A DNA stretch of 64,000 bases, from assembly GCA_025603075.1 (NCBI GenBank), contig MU626301.1:64315-128314 (forward strand), read 5' to 3'. The translations under genes and the position numbers were made by a program. The notes beneath the pieces are model-generated. The model searched no databases. It worked only from the letters and a program-made list of their open reading frames with translations, and was not told where the DNA came from. This DNA comes from Neoconidiobolus thromboides FSU 785 (lineage: Eukaryota; Fungi; Entomophthoromycota). The stretch's first letter is position 1. Each line of letters begins with the position of its first letter. Shown piece by piece: positions 13,901-26,158 of this stretch.

Positions 13901-14309
13901 TCCAATTGTATGAAAGAAATAGTAAATGTAAGGTTAAATGAAGTACAAATTAGATTAGACAAATTACGAATGAAATTAATATGCGATGATGATGCTAAAA
14001 AATATTTAATTGAAAACGGTTATGATTTTAATTATGGTAATAATTTAATAGCATTTTAATAATATTTTAATAATAATATTTTAATAATTTGTTTCATTTT
14101 TAATGTGCTATTTATTTATTATGTAATTTCTATTAGGTGCTCGTCCTTTAAATCGTCTCATTCAAAAATTAATACTTAATCCAATCGCTAAAATGATATT
14201 AGAAGGAACTTTAAAATACAAAGATACTATTTATTGTACTATTAAAGAGAATCAATTTATTATTGAGCACGATAATAGCAACGATAACAATGACAATGGT
14301 AATAATTAA
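10947..14309 (+). CDS. HSP78: ClpB/Hsp100 disaggregase lacking the N-domain (mitochondrial Hsp78-type), many introns
   Basis: [45 protein letters not shown], second Walker A GPTGVGKT, middle coiled coil. The basic leader from ATG 10947 looks like a mitochondrial presequence; the start is uncertain (alternative ATG at 11208). Confidence 0.85.
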
Positions 14310-14336
14310 ATGGTATTATTATTATATTTTATTGTT

Positions 14337-16305
14337 TTATTCTTCCTCTATTTGTTGTAATAAATTAAAATATTCAAGGTATAAGTTTTGAAATTGATTA
14401 TTTTTGCCTTTAAAAACAAATATTAATATTTTTGATATAATATTAAATAACTTTACTTATTATTGGTAATACTCCTTTTAACAACTTTCGTTTATTTAAT
14501 CCCTATAAATTATAGTTTAAGATAAAGAGTATACTTAATATATAAACAATATTACTAATATAAAAGGATTATAATCTTCAGTATTAAGTTGATTTAATTT
14601 AAACGGTGGTCCCAATAAAAAACTGAATAAATTTCTTAATTTAATTTCCATGTTATATTGGTTTAATTTATAGATTAGTTTAAATAAAGTATTTTGATAA
14701 TCTTTAATACTTCCTAATACTTCGGATGATATTAGTTCATTCTATATTAAACAAGATGTTAACGAAATGTTAATAAATATGTAATATATAATAATAATTA
14801 CCTCTAAATGAGAAATAGTAATTAATTTTAAATTATTATTATCAATTGAATTCTCTTTAATTTTTTTTAATATATTTTTATCCATCTCTAATTTGATATT
14901 ATTTTGAATATAAAAAAAAGAATTCAATTTTCCTTCCCTTTCATTTTTATTTTCTATTTCATTTTCATTGTTTTGTTGTATAACATTAGGCAAACAAGCA
15001 AAATTTTCCGAATGAATAAATTGATTTTCCATTAATTTAATCCAACACATTAAATTATTATTAAATGTAAATAAATTACCGTCCTTTAATAATATAATTA
15101 TTGAATTATTGTAAATAAATCCATTTTTAATTTCGTCTTTTTGTAATAGAGGTTGAACACTAATTCCACTTAATTTAACTATTTTTAATTTTAAATCCCT
15201 AAGAATAATTGAATAATGAAAAACGATTTAATATACTACTAATATCTTACCATAAATATAAAACACCCGATGATATAATACACATTAATAGATTATCTTT
15301 AATATCCATAAAACAAGTCATAAATCCTAAGTGCAAAGTAGGTAATACTCTAATAGAATATAAAATATTATTATTATATAATAATAATTTAATAATAATT
15401 TAATAGTGATTTACTTTATGCCATCTATTGAATAAACAATTAAGTCACCATTATCACATCCAACTACAATATACTCTTTTGAATATTTGATTATATTAAT
15501 ATTGTTAAATAAGATATCTTCCCATAATACTTCATTTCCTTTTTTACATGTTATATAAACATAATCTAATAAAAAATAAACATCATTGTACAATTATTAT
15601 TATATTATATTATATTATATTATATTATATTATATTATATCATTAATATTACCCTCTTCCATTTCCTTATTTTTACATTCAATTAATAAAGAAGATTGAT
15701 TTAAATTCAATTTAATTAATCGATTTATTGTTTTACTAGTTAATTGTAATTCCATTTTTTTACTTTGTAAAAAGGGATTAAATGGATTTAAATAAATTAT
15801 TTCTTTTTCCTATTAAAAATCAATATCAATTAATTAATTTTATATTATTATTATTATTGTTATTATATTATGTAATAAAATTACTTTATCATTATTATTC
15901 ATATTGATAAAATTTCTTTTTATACTTTTTATCTTTTTATATTTTTCTATCCTTTCTTTTTCTATACTAGTTAAAAATAAGGTAGCATCTTTTGAATTAA
16001 ATTCTATTATTTCCTTTGTTTCTTTATTTTCTTTTTCATTGAATTTTAAATTATTTTCTACTATATTGTTTGTTTCTTTATTTTCTTTTAAATTCATTAT
16101 ACTTGATCCACTAATATAATCAATTATTTTATTATTTATTATTTATCATTACCATTATTATTAAACTTACATATTCCCTACAAAGGTAGGTTGTACTCGT
16201 TTTTTGTTGTTTTTTATTGTTGTTATTTGTGAATTATTATTATTATTGCCATTTATTATAGCTGTGGTTGTATTATTTGATATAGTTGTAGTGGGACTAT
16301 TTATT

Positions 16306-16387
<82 letters not shown>

Positions 16388-18199
16388 GTTGTTTAAGAAT
16401 ATCAATATTACTGTTATCAATGTTAACTTTTGATTCAATATTTAATAGTTGATGAGATGACGGTAATAAAATATCTTCTTTTTTCATATAATCATCTTTT
16501 TCATTTTCCTGTTTATTATAAATATTATATTTAATATTAATGTCTATTATTGCTATATTTTATACTTTAACTTACATTATTAATTGGTACTCCCAATTCT
16601 TTTTCATTAAATATAAAAAAACAAATGGTACCATCATCTGAACAAGCTACTAATTTATAACCATCAGAGCTCCTAAATAAAATATTTGATATTATTGTAT
16701 GATATATTATTTAATCATTACCAACTAAGATCTTTAATACTAGCAGTAGTGACAGTCATAGTAGCTACTAAAGGCCTTGAAGAAATATTGGACCATATAG
16801 TAATTGTTTGATCTTGTCCTGCTAATGCGCAATAACATATCTTTACTTCTGTTTTATCAATTTTAAAATTTCTTGGATTAAATAACTATTGATTTATCAT
16901 CATTATTGTGTATTTTTATAATATTATTATTGTTTAAACTTACAGATACTTCAATTGCCCTTGTATGTCCTGAAAATATGATTCCTTCTTTAAAATCTTC
17001 CCTTTTTAATAAGGCTACTACTGGTGAATCATTACACATTATATTCGACGTACATAAATGAGATCCATTTGGTGTCCAACTTTAATAATAATAATAATAA
17101 TTATTATTATTATTATTTATAAGTTATTATGGTAATATTTAATTTACCTTAATCTTTGAAAGAAACTACCTTGCTTTTTTTTGGTTTGAAAATCTCTAGT
17201 TGCTTTAACTTTCCAATCATTAATTTGCCAAATAGTAACTCTTTGATCATCGGACTAAATATAAGTGTTAAATGAAAAATTCTTAATAAATAACAATTCG
17301 TTCTTACTTGAGCAGCTAAATACTCATTTAAAGGATCAAAAGCAATACCTTTTACCGGCGTTTGTAGTGAAATAACTTTAAAATTTTCTGTATGAATTTT
17401 CAATTTAAATTAATATTTTTAATAAATATTCAAAAATTTTACCAAAGTTTTTCCATATAATTATAGTTGAATCCATACTACAAGATACTAAATATTGATT
17501 ATCTTTTGACCATGCAAGTCCCATAATATCTAATTAAAGTCACTTTTAAATTTTGAGCTTATATTTATATTTATATCTACCTAAATGATGACCAGCTAAC
17601 CTTCTAATAACTTTCCAATTTTCAATATTATTATTTTCTTCACCAAATGTTTGCATTGACATTGTATTTCTAATATTTAATAAACAATTAATATGAACAG
17701 AAATTATCTATATCATTTACTCTTTTTCTTTTTCCCAAATCAATATAATTTTATCATCTGCCCCAGAGGCTAAATATTTACCTCCTTTGTTACTCCATCT
17801 TACACAATTAACTGATCCTGTTTCATTAATTTTTTTACTAAATATTATGCTATTGATTATTTCAGTTTGTTTACCTTCATGTCGAAGTAAAGTAGCTAAC
17901 AATTTATCTTTATCCTCTGTATTATTATTTGATTCTATATTTTCAATGTCCCAAATATTGATTTTTCGATCTTAGTATTAAATTAATACTAATACTTTTA
18001 AGTTTGTATTTAATTTACCATAACCTCCAGTAGCTAATCTTTTACCGTCTGGATGTATATCAATGGAACATATCGCACTTGGAAATGAACTATTTGAATC
18101 TAATAATTAGATAATTTTAAAACTTAATTGTATTTTTATTGTCATAAATTTATCATAATTACTAGAATGAGCAATTGAGTTTGGATATATTATTTTCAT
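14337..18199 (-). CDS. HIR1: HIRA/Hir1 WD40 histone chaperone (spliced)
   Basis: [50 protein letters not shown] and B-domain-like [10 protein letters not shown]. The 3' exons were traced by eye to ...QQIEEE*. Confidence 0.85.
15601..15640. repeat. (TATAT)8 microsatellite in HIR1 intron
   Basis: Direct reading of the sequence. Confidence 0.9.
16308..16385. repeat. (ATT)26 trinucleotide repeat encoding poly-Asn in HIR1
   Basis: 78 bp of perfect ATT; the minus-strand ORF 16167..16487 shows the N run. Confidence 0.9.
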
Positions 18200-18413
18200 C
18201 AAAAAGGTATTTAAAAAGATTAAAAAGGAATCAAATTTTTTAATTAAATTATACAATTTTTATTTTAATAGACTATTAAATGTGACGTTTTTATTTTATT
18301 TTTTATTCTATTAATTTTTAAACTTAAAAATTGAACAAAAATGCGAAATCAAAGTTAATAAAATAAGAATAAAATAAGAACAATAAGTATGTTAAAATTA
18401 ATAATTATTTTAT

Positions 18414-18824
18414 TTAATATTTCTTCTTATTATTAGTTTGATATTTAGTAGAAACAATATCAATATATTTTGTTAATTCAGAAGTAATACTATCTCCCAT
18501 ATATTCTTCTTTAAGTTGACCAGTTTGATAAACATTAATAGTAGGGAAACCAACAATTTTATTCTTTTTACAAAGATCAGGTAATGCTTTACAATCAACT
18601 GTAGCAAAATGAAAACCTCGATCTTTACCATCTTTTGCTTTGGCTTCAGTACTTTCCTTCCATGGCCCTAACATCATTTTGGAATACTTACATGTTGGTG
18701 AATAATACATTATTAACCAATTACCACTACCTACTTCCTTATCAAAATTCTCACTTGTTAAAGTCAATTGATGAGCGGATATAATAGATAATAATGATAA
18801 TGTAAAAGTATTAAATAATTTCAT
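18414..18824 (-). CDS. Secreted single-domain thioredoxin/PDI-like protein (CxxS)
   Basis: Signal peptide MKLFNTFTLSLLSIISA, LTSENFDKEV, WLIMYYSPTCKYSK, FATVDC, IVGFPTI. Confidence 0.8.
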   Translation of the reverse strand: MKLFNTFTLSLLSIISAHQLTLTSENFDKEVGSGNWLIMYYSPTCKYSKMMLGPWKESTEAKAKDGKDRGFHFATVDCKALPDLCKKNKIVGFPTINVYQTGQLKEEYMGDSITSELTKYIDIVSTKYQTNNKKKY

Positions 18825-19864
18825 TGTTGTTGAGTTATAATATTAATTTTAATATGTTAATTGAAATAGCACTGCTTTTTTCCTATTATTTATAAGTTTA
18901 TATTTTTATTTTAAATTTAGTTTGACCTTGTTTTTATACTATTTTAAAGTCATTAATTTAATTTTAATAGTTACCCGATTAATTTGATTTATAAATAAAT
19001 TTAAATCCTCATCTTTTTTATTTATTCATATTAATTTAAAAGTAATACCAACTAAAACTATATTATTAATAAAGACACATAATATCTAATAGCTAGACCT
19101 TAAAAAAATTAACTCACTTTTAAATTAAATGCTAGATAAATTACTTAATAAGTAAATTCTCTTAACTTTGTAATTTTTATTTAGTTCCGCTTAAAGAGCC
19201 CTCATTTAATGAATAAAATTAATATTTTTTATTTTAAAGGTTTTAAACTTATTAACTAGGATTATTATTTGATTAAACAATAAATTAATATATTAAACTT
19301 ATCCTCTAATTCATTTTTTATTTTTGAATATTATCTATTTATCTATTTATAAATATTTTAGTTAATACCATGTCTTTACTTTGTTTAAAAGTGGGATTTT
19401 TATAAATTTTTAAAGCAAAAAAGTAATATTTTCATAGTTTAAATCACTTTTGTACATATATAATTATTAAAGCTGTTAACCTAGTCAATACATTAGATTA
19501 CTTACTCAAAAATGAATAAAAAATACAAAAAAGAATATTAATCTTAAGTTATATAATTTACTAAGGGTGTCGTAATGAGATATTATTTAAAAGTAAACAT
19601 TAAACTAAAGTAAATAAAATTTGATTATTTTATTTCATCAATCTTTAATTTTATAAACCTTTATAAGAGTTATGAGATTACTAGGAGTAGTTTATCAAAA
19701 TAAAGAAATGAAATTAATGAAAAGATAGACTAATATTTTTTTAAGTTTTTCTAATTCCTTAACAATATTATACCTTTATTCCGTTCCGACTAAATACTTT
19801 GGTATATAATATCTATTAATATCTTCATTATTAATTATCTTTTCAAGTATGTATGTAAAATAAT

Positions 19865-19969
19865 ATATGAGGATGTATTTTTTATTTAAGAATTTTACTA
19901 ATAAACTTTCTATTCAAATAGCGTTTAAGAAGTGGAAAAGTAGTGAAAGCAAAAAAAACATCCCCATGT
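19865..19969 (+). mobile_element. MITE-like element, copy 4
   Basis: ATATGAGGATGTATTTT...AAAAAAAACATCCCCATGT. Confidence 0.75.
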
Positions 19970-20167
19970 TGTATTTATATACTCTCTATCTTCCTTTTGC
20001 TCAAGCATAGGTGTTCTGATATAATTTTCAAATACTGCTAATTCTAACTTGTTGCCTAAACCAAATGATTTATCCTAACTTTTGCTTATTTTATGTAGAT
20101 AATTACAAAATTCCATTACTTAACACATTATCTTACAGTTATTGAGTATCACATATCATTCCCCAAT

Positions 20168-20273
20168 AGTGGGAGTGTTTTTTTGGCTTCATTACTTTTT
20201 CTATCTTTTAAGCACTATTTGAGCGGAAAAGTTATCAGCAAAATTCTTAAACACAAAAATACATCCCTAGTAT
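20168..20273 (-). mobile_element. MITE-like element, copy 5
   Basis: Reverse-complement copy: GGGAGTGTTTTTTTGGCTTCATT...AAATTCTTAAACACAAAAATACATCCC. Confidence 0.75.
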
Positions 20274-20863
20274 TAATTTTATCTCCATTTATATCTAAGT
20301 TAATAATAGCTATAAACTTTTTAGTTTTTAAATAATATTTATACCCTTTTATTACAATATTATCGTCTCCTTACATTATTGTAATTATGATATGAACTTA
20401 TTCTTTTTTAATTAAGGTTTGGTATTTGTAGTATAAAAGTATTTATAGTAAATTTAAAACAATAAAAGGTAAGAGGCTTATGAAAACAATTACTTTTGTT
20501 TACTTGATAATACCAATTATAAATCAAAACATTTTGAAAACACTTTTGAATTAGATTATTGGCATTAAATTAGTTGATATTTACTTTATATTAAGCAAAT
20601 CAATATTATCATAATATTTAATAAAATATTAAAATTATACAAGTAGATTTTATCTATATTAAATAAAAATAACAAAATTAACTTTTAATACCCTTAAACA
20701 AACTATAATAGTTAAATAAATTTTTATCAGCAGTATTTATTTAAATAAATTTTTAGCAGCCATAATACAATCCAGCTCATTGCTATTAATTCAAAATTAA
20801 TATGCAAAAAATAATTCAATAAGTAATTACCAATGTTACTTTTCAATTAGTCAGTTGAATAAA

Positions 20864-22623
20864 CTATTTCCCATTTCTGATTCCAAGTATAGCACTTGCT
20901 TCTTCCTTTACATACGCATGTGCACTTTCAGTAATTACCATCATTTTTTTTTCTCTATTAGCCCATAATACACCTCCATAACTTTTAGCAATTTCATAAA
21001 CAGCAATAAAATCTTGAGGGCGGGCAAATCCCTTCCATAATTTACCAGAACTTGAATGTACTCGATTCTTTTCAATTTCCCATAACTTTATTTGATCTAC
21101 AACTGTCAATGGAAGGATTGGGTTTTCTTTTCTCATTATTGGATGTGCATGTGATTCTAAATAATGGATAATTTGATCAGCAGTAATTCCATGACTGAAA
21201 GCTTTACGTACAGAATCACGATCCAAATAACCAGCTACCATATTCTCATATCTGTTTTTAAGTCCCATAAATAAGTTTAAAATAGCAACTTGAAGTTGTG
21301 ATTTGGTGTAAGCATAAATTCTATAATTTGTTTCTACTATCAAGGTACCAGGTTGGCCACTTAAAATATTTAATTCATCTTTAAGCTCATCAGGTGCTTC
21401 TAAAGGTGAATCGCCTTTGCGTAGAGTGCTATCTAGCCCCCCAGACATCAATGAAGTTGCCATAAGAGTAGGATAAAACATTTTTGGATCTTCTTCATTT
21501 TGATATATCACACCATATTTTGAAAGATCATGTAGCATCTTTCGTTGTGCTGGATTTAATGCTGAAATTAAGTAGCCTTTACCAAATTCTAATGATGCCA
21601 ATAAGAAATAAAATTGAAGCACTTCAACTTGTTCAATTTTACGTTCTCCCCTTTCTTCACTACTAACCATTGAAAGATATTGAAGCAAAAATATCCAAGT
21701 TTGTGCAACTACATCTTTTAAAAGGAATTGAAACCCACGATTTGTAATTTTCGTATCTCCTTCTCTGTAAAATATTAATATAATTTAAATGATTAAATGT
21801 ATTATCCAACTTTTTTGACATTAAACCAGAATTACGTAGAAGGTTAACTACTTTTGGAGAAACGGGTTCACCATCTCTAGATCCCACCATATAATGTAAA
21901 ATAGCCTTAATAAAATATTAATTGGGCCAAATTCACAAATCAAAATATACCTCTCTACTTTTTTCTGCAAATCTATCTAATATCTCAATAGAAGGCTTTA
22001 TCTTATCATTCAAATTTGATGATTTACCAAAGCTTGAGTCGCTACACCTTTAAATTGTAAATTAACATAAATCTGGAATTTAATCTTAGCTTACCCACCA
22101 CATAAAGCATTCTTGAAAGAGCTCCTAAATATGCGGTTCATGTGAATATATTTTTTATCGTTATCTCTTTGTTCTTTTGAATCGCCTGGCTTTGATTTTG
22201 ATTTAATCAAGATTTTCAATTTCGCTGCATTTTTAAGAGCAATTTGAACCTCACTATAAATTTAGTTTAAATATTAAAATTTATAGTTATTTACCCAGCT
22301 GCTTTAAGGTGAAACCAAGAAAAAACAGTGGTGATTTCAACTTGATCTTCAGAAAATAGTAGAGACATAACTAGTTGTTTAGCTAGAGGTGTTAATAATC
22401 TATTTTAAAAGGATTAATTGTTTACAAGGCAAATAAGTTAAATTTGCTACCTATAAATAGCCAAACAAGAAGATGGCTCTTTAAATAATTTACTAAAAGT
22501 ACGAGAGTTAAGCGAAAATAAATAGCTTTGAATATTGTCATGAAGCTCGTTATATCTCATAGTTGAACTACGTTCCTTCCTTTTTAAATTTCCGTTAGTT
22601 GAATCCCTGGCTTCTACTGACAT
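20864..22623 (-). CDS. TFB2: TFIIH subunit Tfb2/p52 (spliced)
   Basis: FKITNRGFQFLLKDVVAQTWIFLLQY, LIVETNYRIYAYT, GITADQIIHYLESHAHP, ILPLTVVDQIKLWEIEKNR; ATG at 22623. Confidence 0.95.
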
Positions 22624-23074
22624 TTTTGAATTTTCTTTAATTGATTAAAAAAAGTACATTTGCTTTTTTAGATTTAACCATTTTTTGAAATTATTAGATT
22701 TTATAAAGATTCTGATTTTATATTAATAACTGCGATTTTTAGCTAAAAAATAGAGCTGTTATTGGTTGCAACGGTATGTAGTCTTATAATGAGAAAAAAC
22801 ATTAGCATTAAAAATATTTTGGCATTACTATTATATACTCTTACCAGTTTTTAAAGTTATAAATTGTTTCAGTCTATTGAGTTATTATAAAAGGTTCATA
22901 TAATTTGTATAATAATTAAAAAGTTCAATATTATTATTTTTAGTATATATAGTATTAATATGAATAGTAAACGATATTATGGTAAAAAACTATAAATTTA
23001 AATAATAAAAGATTATTGTTATTTAATAAAAGTTAAAGTAGAATAAGCTATACTAATAATCAATAGGTGCCAAT

Positions 23075-23440
23075 CTAAACTGTACTGGTTTAGGTACACT
23101 TTTTGAATGATTTTTTTGATTAATAAAAATGCGTTTTGTGACTGTAATTAAATGCTTAAATAGAAAAAAGGCAAACAATTTTTATGACACTCTTTATTGC
23201 TAGTTTTTATTTTGTTTCTTTCAAATTACTTAGATAAAGCCATCACAATTTAAAATGCTACGTGTCTCAATTTATATTATTTCCAACGTCAGAGTCTCAG
23301 TTACCCTGTTAAATAAAAACATAGTAATGCTATTTCAAGTTCAAGTTTTCTCTTTATTTTAATAGTAATGTATTTGAATTTGCTGCCTTATGCTGTAGCA
23401 ATGACAGATTAAAAAGTGTACCAAAACTGGTACAGTTGAG
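23075..23440. mobile_element. ~360-bp element with ~30-bp imperfect TIRs (second MITE-like family)
   Basis: Left CTAAACTGTACTGGTTTAGGTACACTTTTT (23075-23104) pairs with right AAAAAGTGTACCAAAACTGGTACAGTTGAG (23411-23440); non-coding interior. Confidence 0.5.
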
Positions 23441-23577
23441 CATATAACATCCATTAAAATAAATAAATAAATAATCTGATATGCTAAAAATACATTTTTA
23501 TTAAATAATTTAGAAAAATAATTAAAAATATGTGTTAATCAATAGTACTAATACTCAACAAGAGCTCAGAATCAACG

Positions 23578-24618
23578 TTATGTTACTATTTTCTCCTTAT
23601 TATTAAATATAATTGAGTTGATTTGAGATCTACGCTTTGATGCCCTTTTCTGGAATGAAGCTGCATTGATTTTATTACTTTCTTTGACTGGTATTTTAAT
23701 TATTTTATCAGGATTGTCCAAATCTCTTACTTCGAAATGGTCAGCCATAAATGTTATCCTTTTATTTTTTATTTTATTAGTTTCTTTCATTTGAGCATCA
23801 TTTTTGCTTAAACTTTCATCATGAACTAACAGTGGATTTAATTCTTCGGATAACTTATCTATTGTACCTGGAATCAATATTTGTCGAAATAAATAATGAT
23901 CGGGTATCTCAATAATATTGTTTAATTCAGGTGGCAACATTATGTTGTTCTTTTTGTAATATTTTATAATAGCACTTTCAATATTAAATTTTTGTTCCTT
24001 TTCAGGCTCAAAGATATCCTTAATAGATTCAGCTGTTGTTAAAACTTGATTCCATAAATTTGAGAAGGAATTTACGTTTTCTTTATCATTTCCTTTACCT
24101 TTTTTTTCATCGGTTGCTTTTAACTTTATTTTATCTTTGCTTAAATCTATCGATTTGTTTATCCTATCATTATTACTTTTACATTTATGTTTCATAATAT
24201 CACCAAAGATTACTTCCGAACAATCTGAGCACTTTAAGCCTATTTGATTAATATCCATTTCTTTATGTTCGCATATATGTAAATGCGGTAAACCTGATAT
24301 CAACTGTAGGCAGTCTTTACACTTTACTGGCATAGAGGAAAATCTATTATGAATGCTAGTCTTACGCCGGTTTTCTCTACAGCTATGTCTATCAACAAAT
24401 TTCCCTGTTCTTCTACCACAATCTTTACAAATTACGCCGAGTTTCTCTTCCTCTTTTAATTGTTCTTTTTTTATCTCATTTGGTATTTTAACTTCATTAT
24501 TGACTTTAGTTGCATCTTCTTTGCTTATAACTTCTTTGTTTGATGAAGGAGATTCATTCAGAATAGTTTCTTTTAACTTTGATTCTATATCTTGTAACAA
24601 CTCTGTAAAAAAGGACAT
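23578..24618 (-). CDS. Protein with three CxxC-x11-HxC zinc-finger-like repeats and a possible Mso1-like Sec1-binding motif
   Basis: Intronless ORF, first ATG at 24618. CKDC..HSC, CKDC..HIC, CSDC..HKC; IESAIIKYYKKNNIMLPPEL resembles the Mso1 N-terminal motif. Confidence 0.65.
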   Translation of the reverse strand: MSFFTELLQDIESKLKETILNESPSSNKEVISKEDATKVNNEVKIPNEIKKEQLKEEEKLGVICKDCGRRTGKFVDRHSCRENRRKTSIHNRFSSMPVKCKDCLQLISGLPHLHICEHKEMDINQIGLKCSDCSEVIFGDIMKHKCKSNNDRINKSIDLSKDKIKLKATDEKKGKGNDKENVNSFSNLWNQVLTTAESIKDIFEPEKEQKFNIESAIIKYYKKNNIMLPPELNNIIEIPDHYLFRQILIPGTIDKLSEELNPLLVHDESLSKNDAQMKETNKIKNKRITFMADHFEVRDLDNPDKIIKIPVKESNKINAASFQKRASKRRSQINSIIFNNKEKIVT

Positions 24619-25320
24619 AACTTGTATAAAAAGCAATAAAAATAAATAAATTAAAATGATAGAACCATGAGTTAGGCTTATTTATATGTCATAGCGCTTA
24701 TTAACTAAAGTAATTCTTATTTATAAATAAGATGTTTCTATTAAAAGAAATAACATTTCTACAAGCCAATCAAACCTACTTTTATTTCCTCTTGTAATAT
24801 TAGGTTATTTATTATAGTGTCATAGTTTTTGAATTAAAGAACAGATTATACTGTTGTTTGAGATTATAGCAGATTTAATCAAAAGTAATTTATTAAATTT
24901 TCGAATTTTATTTCCTAAAATAGACTAAAGTTCTCTCCAATTTGCCTAAAATTTTTAAATTATTTTCTATGTAGCCTTATAAAGTGGTCAGAAATATTAT
25001 TATTATTATTTAACAAAATATATACTTTCTGATATTTAGAATACTTTTGCATATCTCGAAGGTTTTTTGGGTACATTATCATCTTCCTCTTATTATGAAA
25101 GGCGTGAACTTAATATATAACTAATCTCTGATTAATATTTTTAAAAAATCCATAATATATTTTTAATATTAGTTCATCATTTGCTTTAATTTTCAAAGCT
25201 TCAATAAAACACCGATATTTATTCATAGCATAACTATTTCATACTTAGCATTTAATCAATATATTGATTAAATTGATTTTATTGCTTAGATAATATCAAT
25301 TACAGTGATGGTTTTCAAAG

Positions 25321-25426
25321 TATGAGGATGTGTTTTTGTGTTTAAGAATTTTACTAACAAATTTTCCACGCAAATAGCGCTTAAAAAATGGAAAAAATAA
25401 TGAAGTCAAAAAAAACACTCCCAAAT
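25321..25426 (+). mobile_element. MITE-like element, copy 6
   Basis: TATGAGGATGTGTTTTTGTGTTTAAGAATTTTACT...GAAGTCAAAAAAAACACTCCC. Confidence 0.8.
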
Positions 25427-25741
25427 GGTAATTTATATTCTAATAAATTTGCACTATTTTTAAATAAAAATGTAGTATTTTTAGATTTTAAAAATTATGA
25501 CAATAATAAAACTGTTTTTTATCTGTTTATTTAGAAATCAATAAGCTTTAATATCAAACATATTAAAAAACCAACTTGGCCTAAGTATTCTAGTCTATCT
25601 TATCTGTCTTTCAATATATAATGCAGCGTAACCATTTATGAAACATAAAGACTTGGAAAGCTTTATTATTTTTAATATACTTGTAAAAATTATCACTTAA
25701 TAAGAGCATTTAGAAATCCAAGGATTTATTGATTAAACATT

Positions 25742-26158
25742 TTAACAAACACAAACACATCCATCACAACCACCTCCTCCATCACAACCACCCCCTCCAT
25801 CACAGCAACCACCTCCTCCATCATAGCAACCACCTCCTCCATCACAACCACCTCCTCCATCACAGCCATCTCCTCCATCACAGCAACCACCATCACCACA
25901 GCAGTCATCATTATCAGTAGGAGTATAAGGGTTATAAAAGAAAACACAACAGGTAGTATCGATAGTATTGACTAAATGACCATCTTTATTGCTGGGTCCA
26001 GATTTTCTTGTCTCAGAATTCATTTTAAGAGAGCTTGGTTGATTTTTTATGATTGTGTTGCTTGAATCTATATCCAAATTAGTCCTTTTTATTTCATCCG
26101 ATTGGACTTCTTCAACTTCATTAACATTGTTATCAGAGTTTAAACCCTTTTCTATCAT
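25742..26158 (-). CDS. Orphan protein with C-terminal (CDGGGG)n Gly/Asp/Cys repeat
   Basis: 138-aa intronless ORF with ATG and stop; 18-nt tandem unit; ends in CVCVC. Confidence 0.6.
   Translation of the reverse strand: MIEKGLNSDNNVNEVEEVQSDEIKRTNLDIDSSNTIIKNQPSSLKMNSETRKSGPSNKDGHLVNTIDTTCCVFFYNPYTPTDNDDCCGDGGCCDGGDGCDGGGGCDGGGGCYDGGGGCCDGGGGCDGGGGCDGCVCVC

Noticed and set aside
16204-16452. Poly-Leu hydrophobic ORF, and similar antisense ORFs at 37119-39020, 43988-45691 and 57649-58269
   Set aside because: These are shadows of poly-Asn, Lys/Glu-rich or conserved sense-strand genes (HIR1, USO1, PMC1, BCH1).
25729-25920. His-rich 63-aa ORF on the + strand
   Set aside because: It is the antisense shadow of the CDGGGG minisatellite; the longer minus-strand ORF has a non-repetitive N-terminus and is the better gene model.
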